A stretch of DNA of 64,000 bases from a virus. This document shows, one piece after another, positions 47,241 through 57,965 of the stretch. A model generated the notes under the pieces. The model did no database searches, was not told the DNA's origin, and was given only the letters and a program-made list of their open reading frames with translations. The DNA is taken from positions 1-64,000 of the IMG/VR virus record IMGVR_UViG_3300028844_001691. One strand, given 5' to 3'. Positions within the stretch are counted from its first letter, which is position 1. Each line of letters begins with the position of its first letter. Made by a program: the position numbers and the translations under genes.

Positions 47241-48322
47241 TTAAATTGTTCTCCAAATGGATCAAACTCTGATCCGCATTTCATTGAGCAAACTTTAAGT
47301 TTACCATCATTGCAACTTGGCTTATTCCAACTGTTAGCAATGTCTTCGAATATTCCTGTAGCAAACACTTTGTCCAATCCGTGCCTGGCATCAACTTTAT
47401 CTTTGCCACCTGCACGTTCAATGAAGTCCCATATAGGTTCTTCTTTCTTTGGATCTTTATGCCACCATTTGTACATACGTCCGGCTGTCCAGCAACAAGG
47501 AAGTGCAAGTCCTTCAGCACTAATATAGAGACTTTTAGTAGTTGCATTAGAAACTTTACATTTTATTTGAGCCGTATCGTAATACGAATCCATACTACCG
47601 TGTCTTTTGACTAGTTCGTCTTGTTGTTGTAATGCTTTGTTTAAGTATTTATTATCTGGTTTTTTAAGTTTAGTACTGTCCTGTCCTTTGCGATTCTTTG
47701 CTTGGTGCGTTTCTTTCTTATCAGTAGTTGCAGTTACAAATCGTCCTGTCTTTTTACTAACAAAACTTTCAAAGCCAATACTCTCTGCTAAGGCCCGTGC
47801 TTCGTCTACTTGATGTTGGTTGTGTTCAAATATTAAAAAGTCCCAACGTGCTTTACCGCCTGCATTAACAAAACTTCTCATACTGCGTTCAACTATACTC
47901 CAGTTAACACCTTGTCTATATAAATGGTTTGTATCTTCTAATCCGTCTACACTGAAGATAACGTGACCGTTCTTTCCAAATACATTTGCTAGTTCAATCC
48001 ACCATTCTTCTTTTTGTGCACCTGCGTTGGTATTCATACTTAACCAAATGTCTGGATTGTGTTCTCTAAAGTAACGGAACACTTCTAATGTATCGGTAGC
48101 AACAATAGGATCACCTAAGTTACCACACATAAACATCGACTTTAATTGTTTAACAAAGTCGACGTTAAATATCTTTTTGCAATCTTCTAATGTAAGTTCA
48201 TCTAAATTAATATGTGGATTAATTCCTTCTCCATTCATATTTCTATCACACATAGGACAAGCCGCTTGACACTTCTGTGTAATTTCTAAATGGATTGTGT
48301 CGATGTCTGTTATATTATACAT
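47237..48322 (-). CDS. Radical SAM protein with C-terminal twitch/SPASM-like domain (type B)
   Basis: CQAACPMC; GNLGDP; FSVDGLEDTNHLYR; IKC...EGLALPCC...CSMKC. Confidence 0.92.
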   Translation of the reverse strand: MYNITDIDTIHLEITQKCQAACPMCDRNMNGEGINPHINLDELTLEDCKKIFNVDFVKQLKSMFMCGNLGDPIVATDTLEVFRYFREHNPDIWLSMNTNAGAQKEEWWIELANVFGKNGHVIFSVDGLEDTNHLYRQGVNWSIVERSMRSFVNAGGKARWDFLIFEHNQHQVDEARALAESIGFESFVSKKTGRFVTATTDKKETHQAKNRKGQDSTKLKKPDNKYLNKALQQQDELVKRHGSMDSYYDTAQIKCKVSNATTKSLYISAEGLALPCCWTAGRMYKWWHKDPKKEEPIWDFIERAGGKDKVDARHGLDKVFATGIFEDIANSWNKPSCNDGKLKVCSMKCGSEFDPFGEQFK

Positions 48323-48725
48323 TACTAATTCTGTTTCTTAAATCCGTTGTACTAAATCTGTGATCTCTTTTATTAAAGTAAAGTTCAATGTCTCTGCGTT
48401 TACAAGTATCTTTTCCTGTAAAGTCTTTATCTCTATACTCTTCTCCAAGTATTCTAACATTGATGTTTAACGTTTGCAGAATATCTTCTAAGTCTTGTTC
48501 TGTTTGATATGGAATAACTTCATCTACATATTCAACTGCTTTTAGTTGTAAGTATCTTTCAAACATTGTTTGTACTGGTTTGTTTTTTGTATCTGGTCTA
48601 TCGATAGTTGGATCACTATGGAATCCTAATATTAAATAATCACATTGATTTTTAGCATCACGAAGCATAGCAACGTGCCCGGCGTGTAATAAATCAAACG
48701 TACTAAATGTTATTCCTACTTTCAT
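48315..48725 (-). CDS. TagD-like cytidylyltransferase
   Basis: STFDLLHAGH (HxGH), ER, VDEVIPY, RDHRFSTT; ATG 48725. Confidence 0.88.
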   Translation of the reverse strand: MKVGITFSTFDLLHAGHVAMLRDAKNQCDYLILGFHSDPTIDRPDTKNKPVQTMFERYLQLKAVEYVDEVIPYQTEQDLEDILQTLNINVRILGEEYRDKDFTGKDTCKRRDIELYFNKRDHRFSTTDLRNRISNV

Positions 48726-48886
48726 AATATCGATTTCCTTCTGCATTCTTCATATACTCTCCAAGTCCACCATGTACTAATCACTATAGGTAAACCTGAC
48801 CAACTACCATGCATCCACATCATTATTCCTGTGTGCAATAATTTACTGTGCCAGTAAATACTCAAGTAGTCGTACCATTTAAACAT
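48722..48886 (-). CDS. 54-aa Trp-rich peptide MFKWYDYLSIYWHSKLLHTGIMMWMHGSWSGLPIVISTWWTWRVYEECRRKSIL (not in ORF track)
   Basis: TAATG and ATGA overlaps with both neighbours. Confidence 0.7.
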   Translation of the reverse strand: MFKWYDYLSIYWHSKLLHTGIMMWMHGSWSGLPIVISTWWTWRVYEECRRKSIL

Positions 48887-49227
48887 TAATGGTTTCTCTT
48901 TCCGTCAAACACACATACAAAATAACATCCGTCGTTACCTGCATGGACTCTGTGAAAGTGTCCGTCTTCAATTAATATAACATCTCCCGGAGCAACAGTG
49001 TGTTCTGTCTTTACTCCGTTAGTGTTTATTAGTTCCATTGTTCCAGAACCACTTATAAAATTGTATACTTCTTCTTGTCCTACATGAGCATGACCCGTAG
49101 TACTTTTATTGGGTTTTAAATCTGTACTGCTAACAACAAGATTGTTTAGTGTCTTGTTATCTTTAAGTAAGTAAGTGTCATTGTCTTTAATTACTTCGCC
49201 ACCTATGTCTGTTACATTTAATTTCAT
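48886..49227 (-). CDS. Cupin domain protein
   Basis: GHAH...EEVY...GDVILI...FHRV. Confidence 0.85.
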   Translation of the reverse strand: MKLNVTDIGGEVIKDNDTYLLKDNKTLNNLVVSSTDLKPNKSTTGHAHVGQEEVYNFISGSGTMELINTNGVKTEHTVAPGDVILIEDGHFHRVHAGNDGCYFVCVFDGKRNH

Positions 49228-49964
49228 TGCTTAACCTTATCATTATATTCAACTGCACTTCTAAGAATACTAAAGTCTAATCCTTGTTGATGAGCAGTTT
49301 TAATTATTGCAGTTGTATCTTTAGGAAAGCAATGTCCACCAAATCCTCTATCGGCTGTTACTTTACTGTGTCCTATTCCGATACGCTCGTCATCTGTAAC
49401 AAACTTTCTCACTACTTCAAAGTTAATACCCAGTGCTTGACAAAGATCAAACACTTGATTAAAATAACTAACTTTGGTTGCAAGGAAACTGTTACGCATA
49501 TATTTTGTTACAATTAATTCTTGTACTGTTCCTGTTTTAAATTGTAAGTCTGGCTTTAGTGGATAAAACAGGTTAATCCAAAAAATAGAATTCTCATCAC
49601 TTATATACATTGTCTTTTGTGATGCAAAGTCTTGTACTGCCGTTTCAGCTCTTAGAAACTCTGGACTAAATGATATTTGTTTATTAGGATACTGATCCTT
49701 AATTACTTGCCACCCTTCTATACTAATCGTGCTTTTAATTAATACAGGAACATCTGGCGAATCACTTAATACATCTAATACATTGTTAACATTACAACTA
49801 CCATCTCTGTGTTCTGGTGTGCTAACACAAATAATTAAAGCATCACAATCATTGATTGTATTTTTGTTTACTGCTGGGTCTACTATATGAGTTGAATGAT
49901 TATGTTTTAAAAACATATCCATTGCCTTACCTACATATCCATATCCTGCTATTGTTATTTTCAT
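49224..49964 (-). CDS. Short UDP-glucose/GDP-mannose dehydrogenase-family protein lacking the C-terminal domain
   Basis: GYGYVG, CVSTP, IKST, SPEFL, GFGGHCFPKD. Confidence 0.85.
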   Translation of the reverse strand: MKITIAGYGYVGKAMDMFLKHNHSTHIVDPAVNKNTINDCDALIICVSTPEHRDGSCNVNNVLDVLSDSPDVPVLIKSTISIEGWQVIKDQYPNKQISFSPEFLRAETAVQDFASQKTMYISDENSIFWINLFYPLKPDLQFKTGTVQELIVTKYMRNSFLATKVSYFNQVFDLCQALGINFEVVRKFVTDDERIGIGHSKVTADRGFGGHCFPKDTTAIIKTAHQQGLDFSILRSAVEYNDKVKQ

Positions 49965-50188
49965 TTTGCTATCCAATATATCCAAACCAACATAGGTATA
50001 ATAATAAAGAACTGTGGAAGGAAGTTAAGTATAAGAGCCTTCTCTTTCCATTTATAGCCTACATATATCCAGCCACTTGCTCCTATCATTTGTAGTATAC
50101 TGTTCCAAGGTGTAATACCTGCAACATGAAACACCATTGCTAATAAGATAAAACAAGCACTTGTATATTTTATTATTCTAACTAACAT
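49961..50188 (-). CDS. Small membrane protein (DUF6552-like)
   Basis: Three hydrophobic segments; P.N...GW..VG..W...ALI..N pattern. Confidence 0.6.
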   Translation of the reverse strand: MLVRIIKYTSACFILLAMVFHVAGITPWNSILQMIGASGWIYVGYKWKEKALILNFLPQFFIIIPMLVWIYWIAK

Positions 50189-50400
50189 ATTAATTTAACT
50201 TCTACTCCTGGACCAACTTTACTAGGCAAGTCTCCGTGTTGTTCTACATACCAATTGATAACTGCTTTATACCAGTTATGACTATTATGGTGTGCTTGTT
50301 TATTGAACTGATGAATGTTAACACTTGTTGCATCCATAGTTGCCAATGCCCTTGCACTTTCTAATTGCAGTTCTCTAATCGATAAACTATCTAATTCCAT
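50182..50400 (-). CDS. Hypothetical protein
   Basis: Operonic; ATG 50400. Confidence 0.7.
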   Translation of the reverse strand: MELDSLSIRELQLESARALATMDATSVNIHQFNKQAHHNSHNWYKAVINWYVEQHGDLPSKVGPGVEVKLIC

Positions 50401-51569
50401 ATTTCTTCTGCCCACGGATACATATCTAAAAATTTAGTATTACATTTATAATCCCAAATGTCAAGTGCATAATGTTTGAAAGTTTTTTTATCTTGTTCTG
50501 ACATTGGTTTATATTCGTGTATACTTTTTTCTATAAAACTCTCCCAATTATATTTTTCAGATTTACTTCTTCTATACATTAAAAAATCTTTTTTAATAGC
50601 ATTCAATTTTTTTATAGTATGTTCTCTTTTATATATAGGTATATGTCTAAAATTTTGAAAAGACGGAGTTAGGATTTCATTAAATGCTATATACATTCGT
50701 TGATCAAATTGTTCAAATTGTAATGTCCATTCTAAAAACTTATCTATAGTAAGAGTATTTAAAATACCAACACATGGAACAAGTGTTACTATTAGATTTC
50801 TTGTTTTATAGTTAAGTAATGTTTTAAAGTTCTTTTCTATAGTTTCCCATTTTGCAGGATATCGCTGATATTCAAATTCTTCTCCTACACCATCTATACT
50901 ACAGTTTATAACTACACGTTCAAATTTTTGTAGTTTTTCTATTACTTTAGGTTTAATGGCTGTAACATTTGTTATAAAATCAAGATGTATATTAGTTTTA
51001 TTTTCGTTTATTAATCCGTCTATAAATTTTTCTACCTCAGGCATTATAAATGGTTCACCACCTGCAAAACGTATATGTTTTAAGTTTGGACTTTTTAAAA
51101 CTAAATTAAGCATATGTTCTACAGGATACGAATCGGGAACAGAGTGTCTTGAAATTGTATCTATACCTTTTTCTTTTTCTAATTCTAATCCATAATTAAT
51201 CCATTGATCACTATTGTAAGTCCCACACATCTTACACTTCAAATTGCATTTGTTTGTTAAACGTAAATCTAAAAAAGATACAGTAGTATCAGACGGTTTC
51301 GAATGTTTTTGCCTTTTACTAATATTTCCAATATCTTCATAGTACCAACAAGTTTTACAAGCAGGGTGTCTTATTCCGTTGTTAAGTGCATCTCTAATTT
51401 CAGATAACGAAGAGTTAGATTTATAAAATTGTTCTATATTGTCAATAGTACTCCAGTCAAGAGAACTAAAAAACTTTCTATCTTGTATACAACATTGAGA
51501 GACTTTTCCGTCTATAGAACAAAAAAGTCCGTTGTTTGCAAGTGAGCAATATGTATTATCTAATTCCAA
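50391..51569 (-). CDS. N-terminal twitch radical SAM protein (type A)
   Basis: CSLA...QCC...CKTC; CNLKCKMC; AGGEP; TTG start. Confidence 0.92.
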   Translation of the reverse strand: MELDNTYCSLANNGLFCSIDGKVSQCCIQDRKFFSSLDWSTIDNIEQFYKSNSSLSEIRDALNNGIRHPACKTCWYYEDIGNISKRQKHSKPSDTTVSFLDLRLTNKCNLKCKMCGTYNSDQWINYGLELEKEKGIDTISRHSVPDSYPVEHMLNLVLKSPNLKHIRFAGGEPFIMPEVEKFIDGLINENKTNIHLDFITNVTAIKPKVIEKLQKFERVVINCSIDGVGEEFEYQRYPAKWETIEKNFKTLLNYKTRNLIVTLVPCVGILNTLTIDKFLEWTLQFEQFDQRMYIAFNEILTPSFQNFRHIPIYKREHTIKKLNAIKKDFLMYRRSKSEKYNWESFIEKSIHEYKPMSEQDKKTFKHYALDIWDYKCNTKFLDMYPWAEEIWN

Positions 51570-52422
51570 TTCTCATATACCTTGTGTATTTGCCTAAGTC
51601 TAATTCACCTTCGTATAAAACTGTAGACATTGGCGTTTGTTCTGCAAACTCTTTTACACTGTTAACGCAATTAACGTGTTCAGGTAATTCACTGTAATTA
51701 TTATTTTGCAATACAAGTAACTTGTCTTTAGGCATTTTTGCATACCACTCACTAAAGTTTTCTATATGCTCACAACTAGTATTAATAATAGTATCAGGCT
51801 CTTCTGTTACAGCATGACTCATTCTATCGTTTGCAGTACTCCAGCAACTCCAAGTATGTCCACTGTAGTCGATGTTATGCATATCTTCTGTAATTGCTTT
51901 AAACTGCCATCCTTGTTGTACCCAATGTGCATTTACTGAGTCTGCAATTTTTTCGCATTCAGGATTAATATCAAAACTTCTAATATTATAAATTTTCAAT
52001 CTGTGAGGCCACTGTCTAGGTGAGCCGGCTCTGTCCGCCAACGTTTTGCCATAACCAGTTTTTAAGTTGTCATCTCCTTGGTAAGCCTTTCTTGTTCCTC
52101 TGTGTGTTAACATAGATGCTAGTATACCATACCAACCGCCTAATATAAAAACGTTTCCTAAAAGCAATCCTGCTTTTGATCCATATACAACAGGTAAGTC
52201 ATCACTTCTATCTTTAACCCATAGTTCATTATTAATATCAGTTAGTACTTGTACAATCCATTGTTTGCTTTTTAATTGTCCAATACTCATAGCATCGTTA
52301 AAGTCGACATCCATATTATTCATTGTATTACTAATATCTTTGAATAAAGGATCGCTTGTTAACATATACATACGAGCAAATAAATCTTTATCGTCTTTTA
52401 CTTTTAATTGTTCTTTACTCAT
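51556..52422 (-). CDS. Class I SAM-dependent methyltransferase-like protein
   Basis: ILGGWYG, SFDINP, IINTSCEH. Confidence 0.65.
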   Translation of the reverse strand: MSKEQLKVKDDKDLFARMYMLTSDPLFKDISNTMNNMDVDFNDAMSIGQLKSKQWIVQVLTDINNELWVKDRSDDLPVVYGSKAGLLLGNVFILGGWYGILASMLTHRGTRKAYQGDDNLKTGYGKTLADRAGSPRQWPHRLKIYNIRSFDINPECEKIADSVNAHWVQQGWQFKAITEDMHNIDYSGHTWSCWSTANDRMSHAVTEEPDTIINTSCEHIENFSEWYAKMPKDKLLVLQNNNYSELPEHVNCVNSVKEFAEQTPMSTVLYEGELDLGKYTRYMRIGIR

Positions 52423-53081
52423 TTTTTAAACCTTTCTTTTAACCAGTTCCAATTATTAATATTTGTATAATCTTGTTCGTACTTGCCGTACTCTGCACCT
52501 GCTATTGCACCTGCAATACTATAATCTCCAAAGTCTCCGTTGCCAACTGTGGTCCATACTTTTAATCTAGCATCATCTTCTTCGTTCTTTTGTCCAGGTA
52601 TAATCTTACTAGTGAGTTTAGTACATTCTCTAAATGCCGCTTTCCAAGTATTAAAAGGATCAGTATCATAATGCACTGTACTTCCTATTACTGGATACGG
52701 AACAAACTTTGTACTAATTGCAGTTGTAAAGTCTACAACTGTTTCAACGTCAACGTCTAAGACTTTTTGTGTAGGGAATAGTTTTATTCCACTGTATCCA
52801 TATACCAAGTCATTAACACTGTTACGAGCTCGGTATACATATACTGCATCCTTGCCGTACTTGTCTGGCTTCATAGATGGGTCAAAGTCTTCTGCTATTA
52901 AGTTGTCGCCTTCTATAACATAATACATTTCAGTACGAGCCATTTTTGCACAGGCTTGATGTGCATTTGGTAAGCCTTGTACTCCATGACTACGCCTTGC
53001 CCATGGAAACTTTTTCTTTACAATGTCCCAATGCTTATCAGCATTAGGCTCTTCATAACTCATAAAAATAATATCAAACAT
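52419..53081 (-). CDS. GT2/GT-A-like glycosyltransferase-related protein
   Basis: DIIFMSYEEP, AHQACA, VIEGDN (DxD-like), AFRECTKL. Confidence 0.6.
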   Translation of the reverse strand: MFDIIFMSYEEPNADKHWDIVKKKFPWARRSHGVQGLPNAHQACAKMARTEMYYVIEGDNLIAEDFDPSMKPDKYGKDAVYVYRARNSVNDLVYGYSGIKLFPTQKVLDVDVETVVDFTTAISTKFVPYPVIGSTVHYDTDPFNTWKAAFRECTKLTSKIIPGQKNEEDDARLKVWTTVGNGDFGDYSIAGAIAGAEYGKYEQDYTNINNWNWLKERFKK

Positions 53082-54268
53082 TATTCGTCACCCTCAAAGT
53101 TTTTTTGTCTTTCTTCTTTTACTGCAATATTAGTAGATATCGTTGGCGCTATTACTTCACCAGTTCTAAAATCTTCTAATGTCCGCATATTGGTAGCGGG
53201 CCAGGCTACTCGTTTACTACAAGTAGTTGAACATATTCTATAACGATCCTTAGGACCTAAGCCATGTTGTTTGGCTTCCCAACTATCTACTAAATCTTCT
53301 TTAAAGAATGGATGCTCCATTACTTCGTCCCAAGTGTGCTCATATAAGTTGTTAAAGTTTTTATCGTAGTTTAAGTCGATATGATCTCTTTGTTCGTCAT
53401 TACGCATATACTTTGCACTAGTAAAATAACAACAAGGCCATAGTCTACCATCATAACTTAAATGATATTGTTTTAATTCTGTTCTCCAACGACAGTCAAT
53501 TGGATCATTTGGTACTTCAGTACTATCAAGTACTTGATGATATCTTCTAATTTTTTTCATATCGCCTTTGTTCTTTAGTAAGTATTCATCTAAATTATTT
53601 AACAAAGGACTTTTATTTTCTCTTACTTTAAATTTAGTAAATCCCATAGACTTTGCTAAAACTCTTGCTTCTAATAGTTGATGTTTGTTCCACGGAAACT
53701 CTAGCATTTGCCAACTAGCTCTGCCACCTGCATCAATAAATGCTTGTGCGTTTTCCATAATCTTATCCCAACGACAATTTTTACGATACAAATGATTAGT
53801 ATCTTCTAATCCGTCTATACTAAAGTGAACAGTATGGTCGCCTGGACCTCTGCCACGTGATAATAAAACTTCAGCAAACTCTTTTAAGTACTTAGGTGTA
53901 CGCATACTTCCATTAGTGTGCATACCAATATAGATATCTGGTCTAATTGAAAGTAAGTGATCAGTTATGCCTATTAAGTCTTTATGTCCTAACGGATCAT
54001 CGATTGTACCAGTGTACTGTACTTCTTTAATATTAGTAGCACCAGTCATAATATTTGTTATTAATTCTTTAGTTGCATACTTAGGCTTTCCTAATCCGGG
54101 TCTATTCTTCATAGGCAAGTTTTCGATGTTAACATTAACACCTTCTGTTTGAAGCCTTTTCAATTCGTTAAAGTCAATAGTGTTACGTTGACAACTACTG
54201 CATAATGCATTACATACATTACTCAGTTCAAACTGAATGCCGACTGGGTTTGGTAAGTATGCACCCAT
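53081..54268 (-). CDS. Radical SAM protein with C-terminal twitch/SPASM-like domain (type B)
   Basis: CNALCSSC; GTIDDP; FSIDGLEDTNHLYR; IDC...DGRLWPCC...CSTTC. Confidence 0.92.
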   Translation of the reverse strand: MGAYLPNPVGIQFELSNVCNALCSSCQRNTIDFNELKRLQTEGVNVNIENLPMKNRPGLGKPKYATKELITNIMTGATNIKEVQYTGTIDDPLGHKDLIGITDHLLSIRPDIYIGMHTNGSMRTPKYLKEFAEVLLSRGRGPGDHTVHFSIDGLEDTNHLYRKNCRWDKIMENAQAFIDAGGRASWQMLEFPWNKHQLLEARVLAKSMGFTKFKVRENKSPLLNNLDEYLLKNKGDMKKIRRYHQVLDSTEVPNDPIDCRWRTELKQYHLSYDGRLWPCCYFTSAKYMRNDEQRDHIDLNYDKNFNNLYEHTWDEVMEHPFFKEDLVDSWEAKQHGLGPKDRYRICSTTCSKRVAWPATNMRTLEDFRTGEVIAPTISTNIAVKEERQKNFEGDE

Positions 54269-55782
54269 TAACTACACACCTTTACACCATATGCTTGTTC
54301 AAATCTATCTGCATCTGCTCTATCATTAACCATAGGCTCGCCTCTAATATTTAAACTTGTATTAAGTAAGATAGGACAACCTGTTAGTACATACCATTTT
54401 TCTAATAGTTCTCTAACTCCACTAGGAAAATATTCGTCTACTGTTTGTACACGACTTGTTCCATCAACGTGTATGATTGCAGGAAACTCGTCTGGCTTCT
54501 TACACTTTGCAACCACTTGCATATAAGGACTTGTTTGCATTTGTGGAGGCATTTCAAAATATTCATGAACGTGTTCTGCTAATATCATAGGAGCAAATGG
54601 TCTAAACTTTTGTCTGCGTTTAATCTCATTTACTTTGTCTTTGATTTCTGCTCCTCGAGGATCTGCTAATAAACTTCTATTACCTAATGCACGTGGACCA
54701 AACTCTGCTTTACCACTTGCAACTCCTACAATCTTATTCTTTTGTAGTTCATCAATTAAAGCATCTGTTGGATATGCACCTGGGATAGGTGTTCCTAAGA
54801 ATGGAGTCTCCCAATTAAGTTTACTACCATAAGCCAATGCCGCGGCACCTAAGGCACTGCCACAGTCTCCTGGGTTAGGCATAATCCAAATGTCATCAAA
54901 GAAATTACCAAGTCCTCTATTGTATAAACAGTTAAGAGCAACTCCTCCCATGTAAACTAAATTACGGCTTTTATTAAAACCTCTAGCTCTTGCCATTACG
55001 TTATCAATAAGTTGTTCTACAACTGCTTGAGCACTTGCGGCGATATCATATTCGTTAACATCTTTTAAAAAATCTTTGTCTACACCAATGTGTAAGTTAT
55101 CTTTAAATCTACCATCAGAGTCGTCGTGTAATAGTGCATCATAAATTTCTTTTTCGTGTGTAGGTTTACCCCAACCAGCCATACCCATCATAATATATTC
55201 TTCGTCTAATGGACGTAAGCCAAGTCGATGCGTTAATGCACTATAGTATAAACCAATACTGTGTGGATACTTCTGACTCCACAACTTTTTATATACTGCA
55301 TTCATCTTCTCATCGTATTCGGCGTGCCATATACTAATAGTTTCCCATTCGCCAATAGCATCGATAACAACAACAGTTGCATCATTAAATGGACTAGTCT
55401 GAAATCCAGCCGCCGCATGAGTGTGATGATGTCTATAAGTATGAAGCATCGAGTCAGGCAAATAGTTCTTGTTATCAAATGTGAATTGTTTATTAAGAGC
55501 ACCTCTGGTAGTCCATGTACTACTGCGATCGCCAAACATTCCTTGTCCAGCATATAGTTCTCTAGTCTTTTTTAACCAAGGTGTTTCGTAAAATCCAATA
55601 GCATCAAACTTTCCATATCCTTCTTGATATGATAATGCTTGTTTAATTATTGGTTCACACAAATCTTTGTCATGTTTTTTCTTACTGTATCTTTCACTAT
55701 GTCCAGCAAAAACAATTTCGCCATCTTCAACAACAGCCAAACCTGCATCGTGAAATCCTGCACTTACTCCTAGTGTTAACAT
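54268..55782 (-). CDS. Carbamoyltransferase (NodU/CmcH/TobZ family)
   Basis: HDA, HHHTHAA, DAIGE, MGMA, GGVALN, EFGPRALGNRS, FRPFAP, HVDGTSRVQTV, LNTSLN. Confidence 0.93.
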   Translation of the reverse strand: MLTLGVSAGFHDAGLAVVEDGEIVFAGHSERYSKKKHDKDLCEPIIKQALSYQEGYGKFDAIGFYETPWLKKTRELYAGQGMFGDRSSTWTTRGALNKQFTFDNKNYLPDSMLHTYRHHHTHAAAGFQTSPFNDATVVVIDAIGEWETISIWHAEYDEKMNAVYKKLWSQKYPHSIGLYYSALTHRLGLRPLDEEYIMMGMAGWGKPTHEKEIYDALLHDDSDGRFKDNLHIGVDKDFLKDVNEYDIAASAQAVVEQLIDNVMARARGFNKSRNLVYMGGVALNCLYNRGLGNFFDDIWIMPNPGDCGSALGAAALAYGSKLNWETPFLGTPIPGAYPTDALIDELQKNKIVGVASGKAEFGPRALGNRSLLADPRGAEIKDKVNEIKRRQKFRPFAPMILAEHVHEYFEMPPQMQTSPYMQVVAKCKKPDEFPAIIHVDGTSRVQTVDEYFPSGVRELLEKWYVLTGCPILLNTSLNIRGEPMVNDRADADRFEQAYGVKVCS

Positions 55783-56786
55783 TAAGCTCGTCTCTCCAAG
55801 TCTAACGTGGCACAATGATGACCTCCACCTAGTGTACGACTATGTGTTAGTTGTACAGGTATAACTTCAAACTTTGCACGTTCTAATTTTTTAATTAATT
55901 TTGGTTGTCTAGGATCTACAATAACTGTTTTAGGATCTACACTTAAAACATTCATACCAATCCAATTACTTGCATAAGGATAATTATGAAACTCCATATC
56001 CTCTACACTGTCTACCCAAATACGTTTATGCTTCTTTAAAAATTTCGGTAATTGTGAAGGTTTAACTCTTTGTTTGTTAATTAACAATGTCGATTCATTC
56101 AACGCACATATTGTACTGTCGATGTGTGCATAAGCATAAACATCTTCCCATATGTGAACTGTATACTCAGACCCGAGTACTGTACTTAACCAAGCCGCTC
56201 CAGCCGAATTACCTGTTTGACTTTTTAAGTATAACAAGTCATTGCCAAAACGTAAAACGTTTGCGGCATCAAATATAGGAGTCTTTTCTGTAAGTTTACC
56301 ATTTTCAAATACTTCGTGTACTGGTAATGCATGACGTGGAGCACTAATCCATTTAACACCAGACTTCATTGCTTCGTGTCTAATATCTCTATATGCTTCT
56401 GTTTCGTGAAACCTACTATGAAACAATACAGGAGTTTCAATTACTGTATTGCCTACTACAAGTATAACATCTCTTGGACAATAATTATAAAACCCATCTG
56501 CAAAGTATCTATATCCATGTACTGTTTGTTGAAAGTCTAATTGTCTTGGACGTAAAACTTCGACGCCTAAATCTGTTAATACTTTTTCAAATTGTCGTAG
56601 TTCATGGTCTGTTAAATCTAATATGTCTTTACTAATTGGTCCAACTGGTTGTGCAGATTCAGTCCACTTGCTATGTTTAGCAACTTCATTAAAGACATCA
56701 TCATACTTTGGAAATCTTGCACCGTGAACATCTCCTAATACAACTCTTTTTAATGGATCCCATTCATTGTGCGATTCAATAATCAT
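55782..56786 (-). CDS. Amidinotransferase (StrB1/glycine amidinotransferase family)
   Basis: NEWDPLK, YCPRD, FDAAN, AHIDST, GGGHHCATLD. Confidence 0.93.
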   Translation of the reverse strand: MIIESHNEWDPLKRVVLGDVHGARFPKYDDVFNEVAKHSKWTESAQPVGPISKDILDLTDHELRQFEKVLTDLGVEVLRPRQLDFQQTVHGYRYFADGFYNYCPRDVILVVGNTVIETPVLFHSRFHETEAYRDIRHEAMKSGVKWISAPRHALPVHEVFENGKLTEKTPIFDAANVLRFGNDLLYLKSQTGNSAGAAWLSTVLGSEYTVHIWEDVYAYAHIDSTICALNESTLLINKQRVKPSQLPKFLKKHKRIWVDSVEDMEFHNYPYASNWIGMNVLSVDPKTVIVDPRQPKLIKKLERAKFEVIPVQLTHSRTLGGGHHCATLDLERRA

Positions 56787-57481
56787 TTCGTGTTTCCTAT
56801 TTTAAAACATTTTGTAATACTTGGATACTTCACGTGTTGTGGCATTTTTTCTTTATACTGATCCAACTTAACTATACCAACTGCCGATTGTTCTGGCGAC
56901 AGATAGTAATGATATCCAATTTCTTCATATTGCTCTTTATCCCAAGGAGACACTTTTAGGTCTCTACCATCGTACCTAGAGCGAATAATCCAATCATATG
57001 CTTCTCTATTATCTAATAGTATAGCACCGCCTTTGCCAATTGTCAATGGTTTTCCATTGCCAAAGCTCAAGCATTTGAACGTTTCTGCTTCATACATATT
57101 ACGTTGTAATCTTCTAGCACTGTCAAATATAGGTAATTGTCCTAATTTATATTCGCCAATCCATTTATCTTCATTGATATTAAAAGATAAATCTAAACGT
57201 TTAAGCATCATAGGAATACTTAAATATGTTTGATCAGGTATATCAATATGTGGAACACGATTTGGGTGTTTTCTTTTATACCACCTTATACATAATTCGA
57301 TTGCGTGTGTGCAACAATCAGTTGTTATCACATATGGTGCTCCAGTATAATCAGCAAGACGTTTTTCAAATTCGCTTATAACATCATACGGATCATTCCA
57401 ACTAACACCATAATCTTTTAACATCTCTAGGATGTCAAGATTAATAATGTCCTGTAATTTGTAAGGTGTATCTTGGTTCAT
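56783..57481 (-). CDS. Compact DegT/DnrJ/EryC1/StrS-family aminotransferase (start uncertain)
   Basis: FEKRLA, CCTHAI, IFDSA, LSFGNGKPL...GKGG. Confidence 0.82.
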   Translation of the reverse strand: MNQDTPYKLQDIINLDILEMLKDYGVSWNDPYDVISEFEKRLADYTGAPYVITTDCCTHAIELCIRWYKRKHPNRVPHIDIPDQTYLSIPMMLKRLDLSFNINEDKWIGEYKLGQLPIFDSARRLQRNMYEAETFKCLSFGNGKPLTIGKGGAILLDNREAYDWIIRSRYDGRDLKVSPWDKEQYEEIGYHYYLSPEQSAVGIVKLDQYKEKMPQHVKYPSITKCFKIGNTK

Positions 57482-57965
57482 AACCTATATTGCCTGCACT
57501 GTGTGGAACTCTTCCACGCCAAAGCACGGCTCCTCCTTTGTGCCAATTCATACTATATTGGTCTACTTCAAACATATGTCCTTGTTTTTTATCTTCTAAA
57601 AATACTAAACAACGTAACACATCATCACTACTTTCGATATGAAAGAGTTCTTTATATTTGTTATAGTGATCTGCGTGTGGTGGTAGTATGTCACCTGTTG
57701 TCATTTTATAGAATGTATAACCACAGTCTTTCCATTCTAAAATTTTTCCAATGTCTTTTGCCCATTGCGGAATTGCTGACTGATCATTAAACATCATACC
57801 AGTAAAGTTATCATGTGTATGTCCAGCAGTTCTCCATTTTGCTAATTGCTCTAAGTCTCCGTAGGCAACTCGTTTATAATCAAAACTTTCAAAGTCTTTT
57901 GTTTCCCATACAGGATCAAGTTCCAGTGTATGATATTCTAAAGGACTAATCTCTTGTGTTGCCAT
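57441..57965 (-). CDS. 2OG-Fe(II) oxygenase
   Basis: LPPHAD...PHSAGNIG..PRYTLQITG. Confidence 0.75.
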   Translation of the reverse strand: MATQEISPLEYHTLELDPVWETKDFESFDYKRVAYGDLEQLAKWRTAGHTHDNFTGMMFNDQSAIPQWAKDIGKILEWKDCGYTFYKMTTGDILPPHADHYNKYKELFHIESSDDVLRCLVFLEDKKQGHMFEVDQYSMNWHKGGAVLWRGRVPHSAGNIGYEPRYTLQITGHY

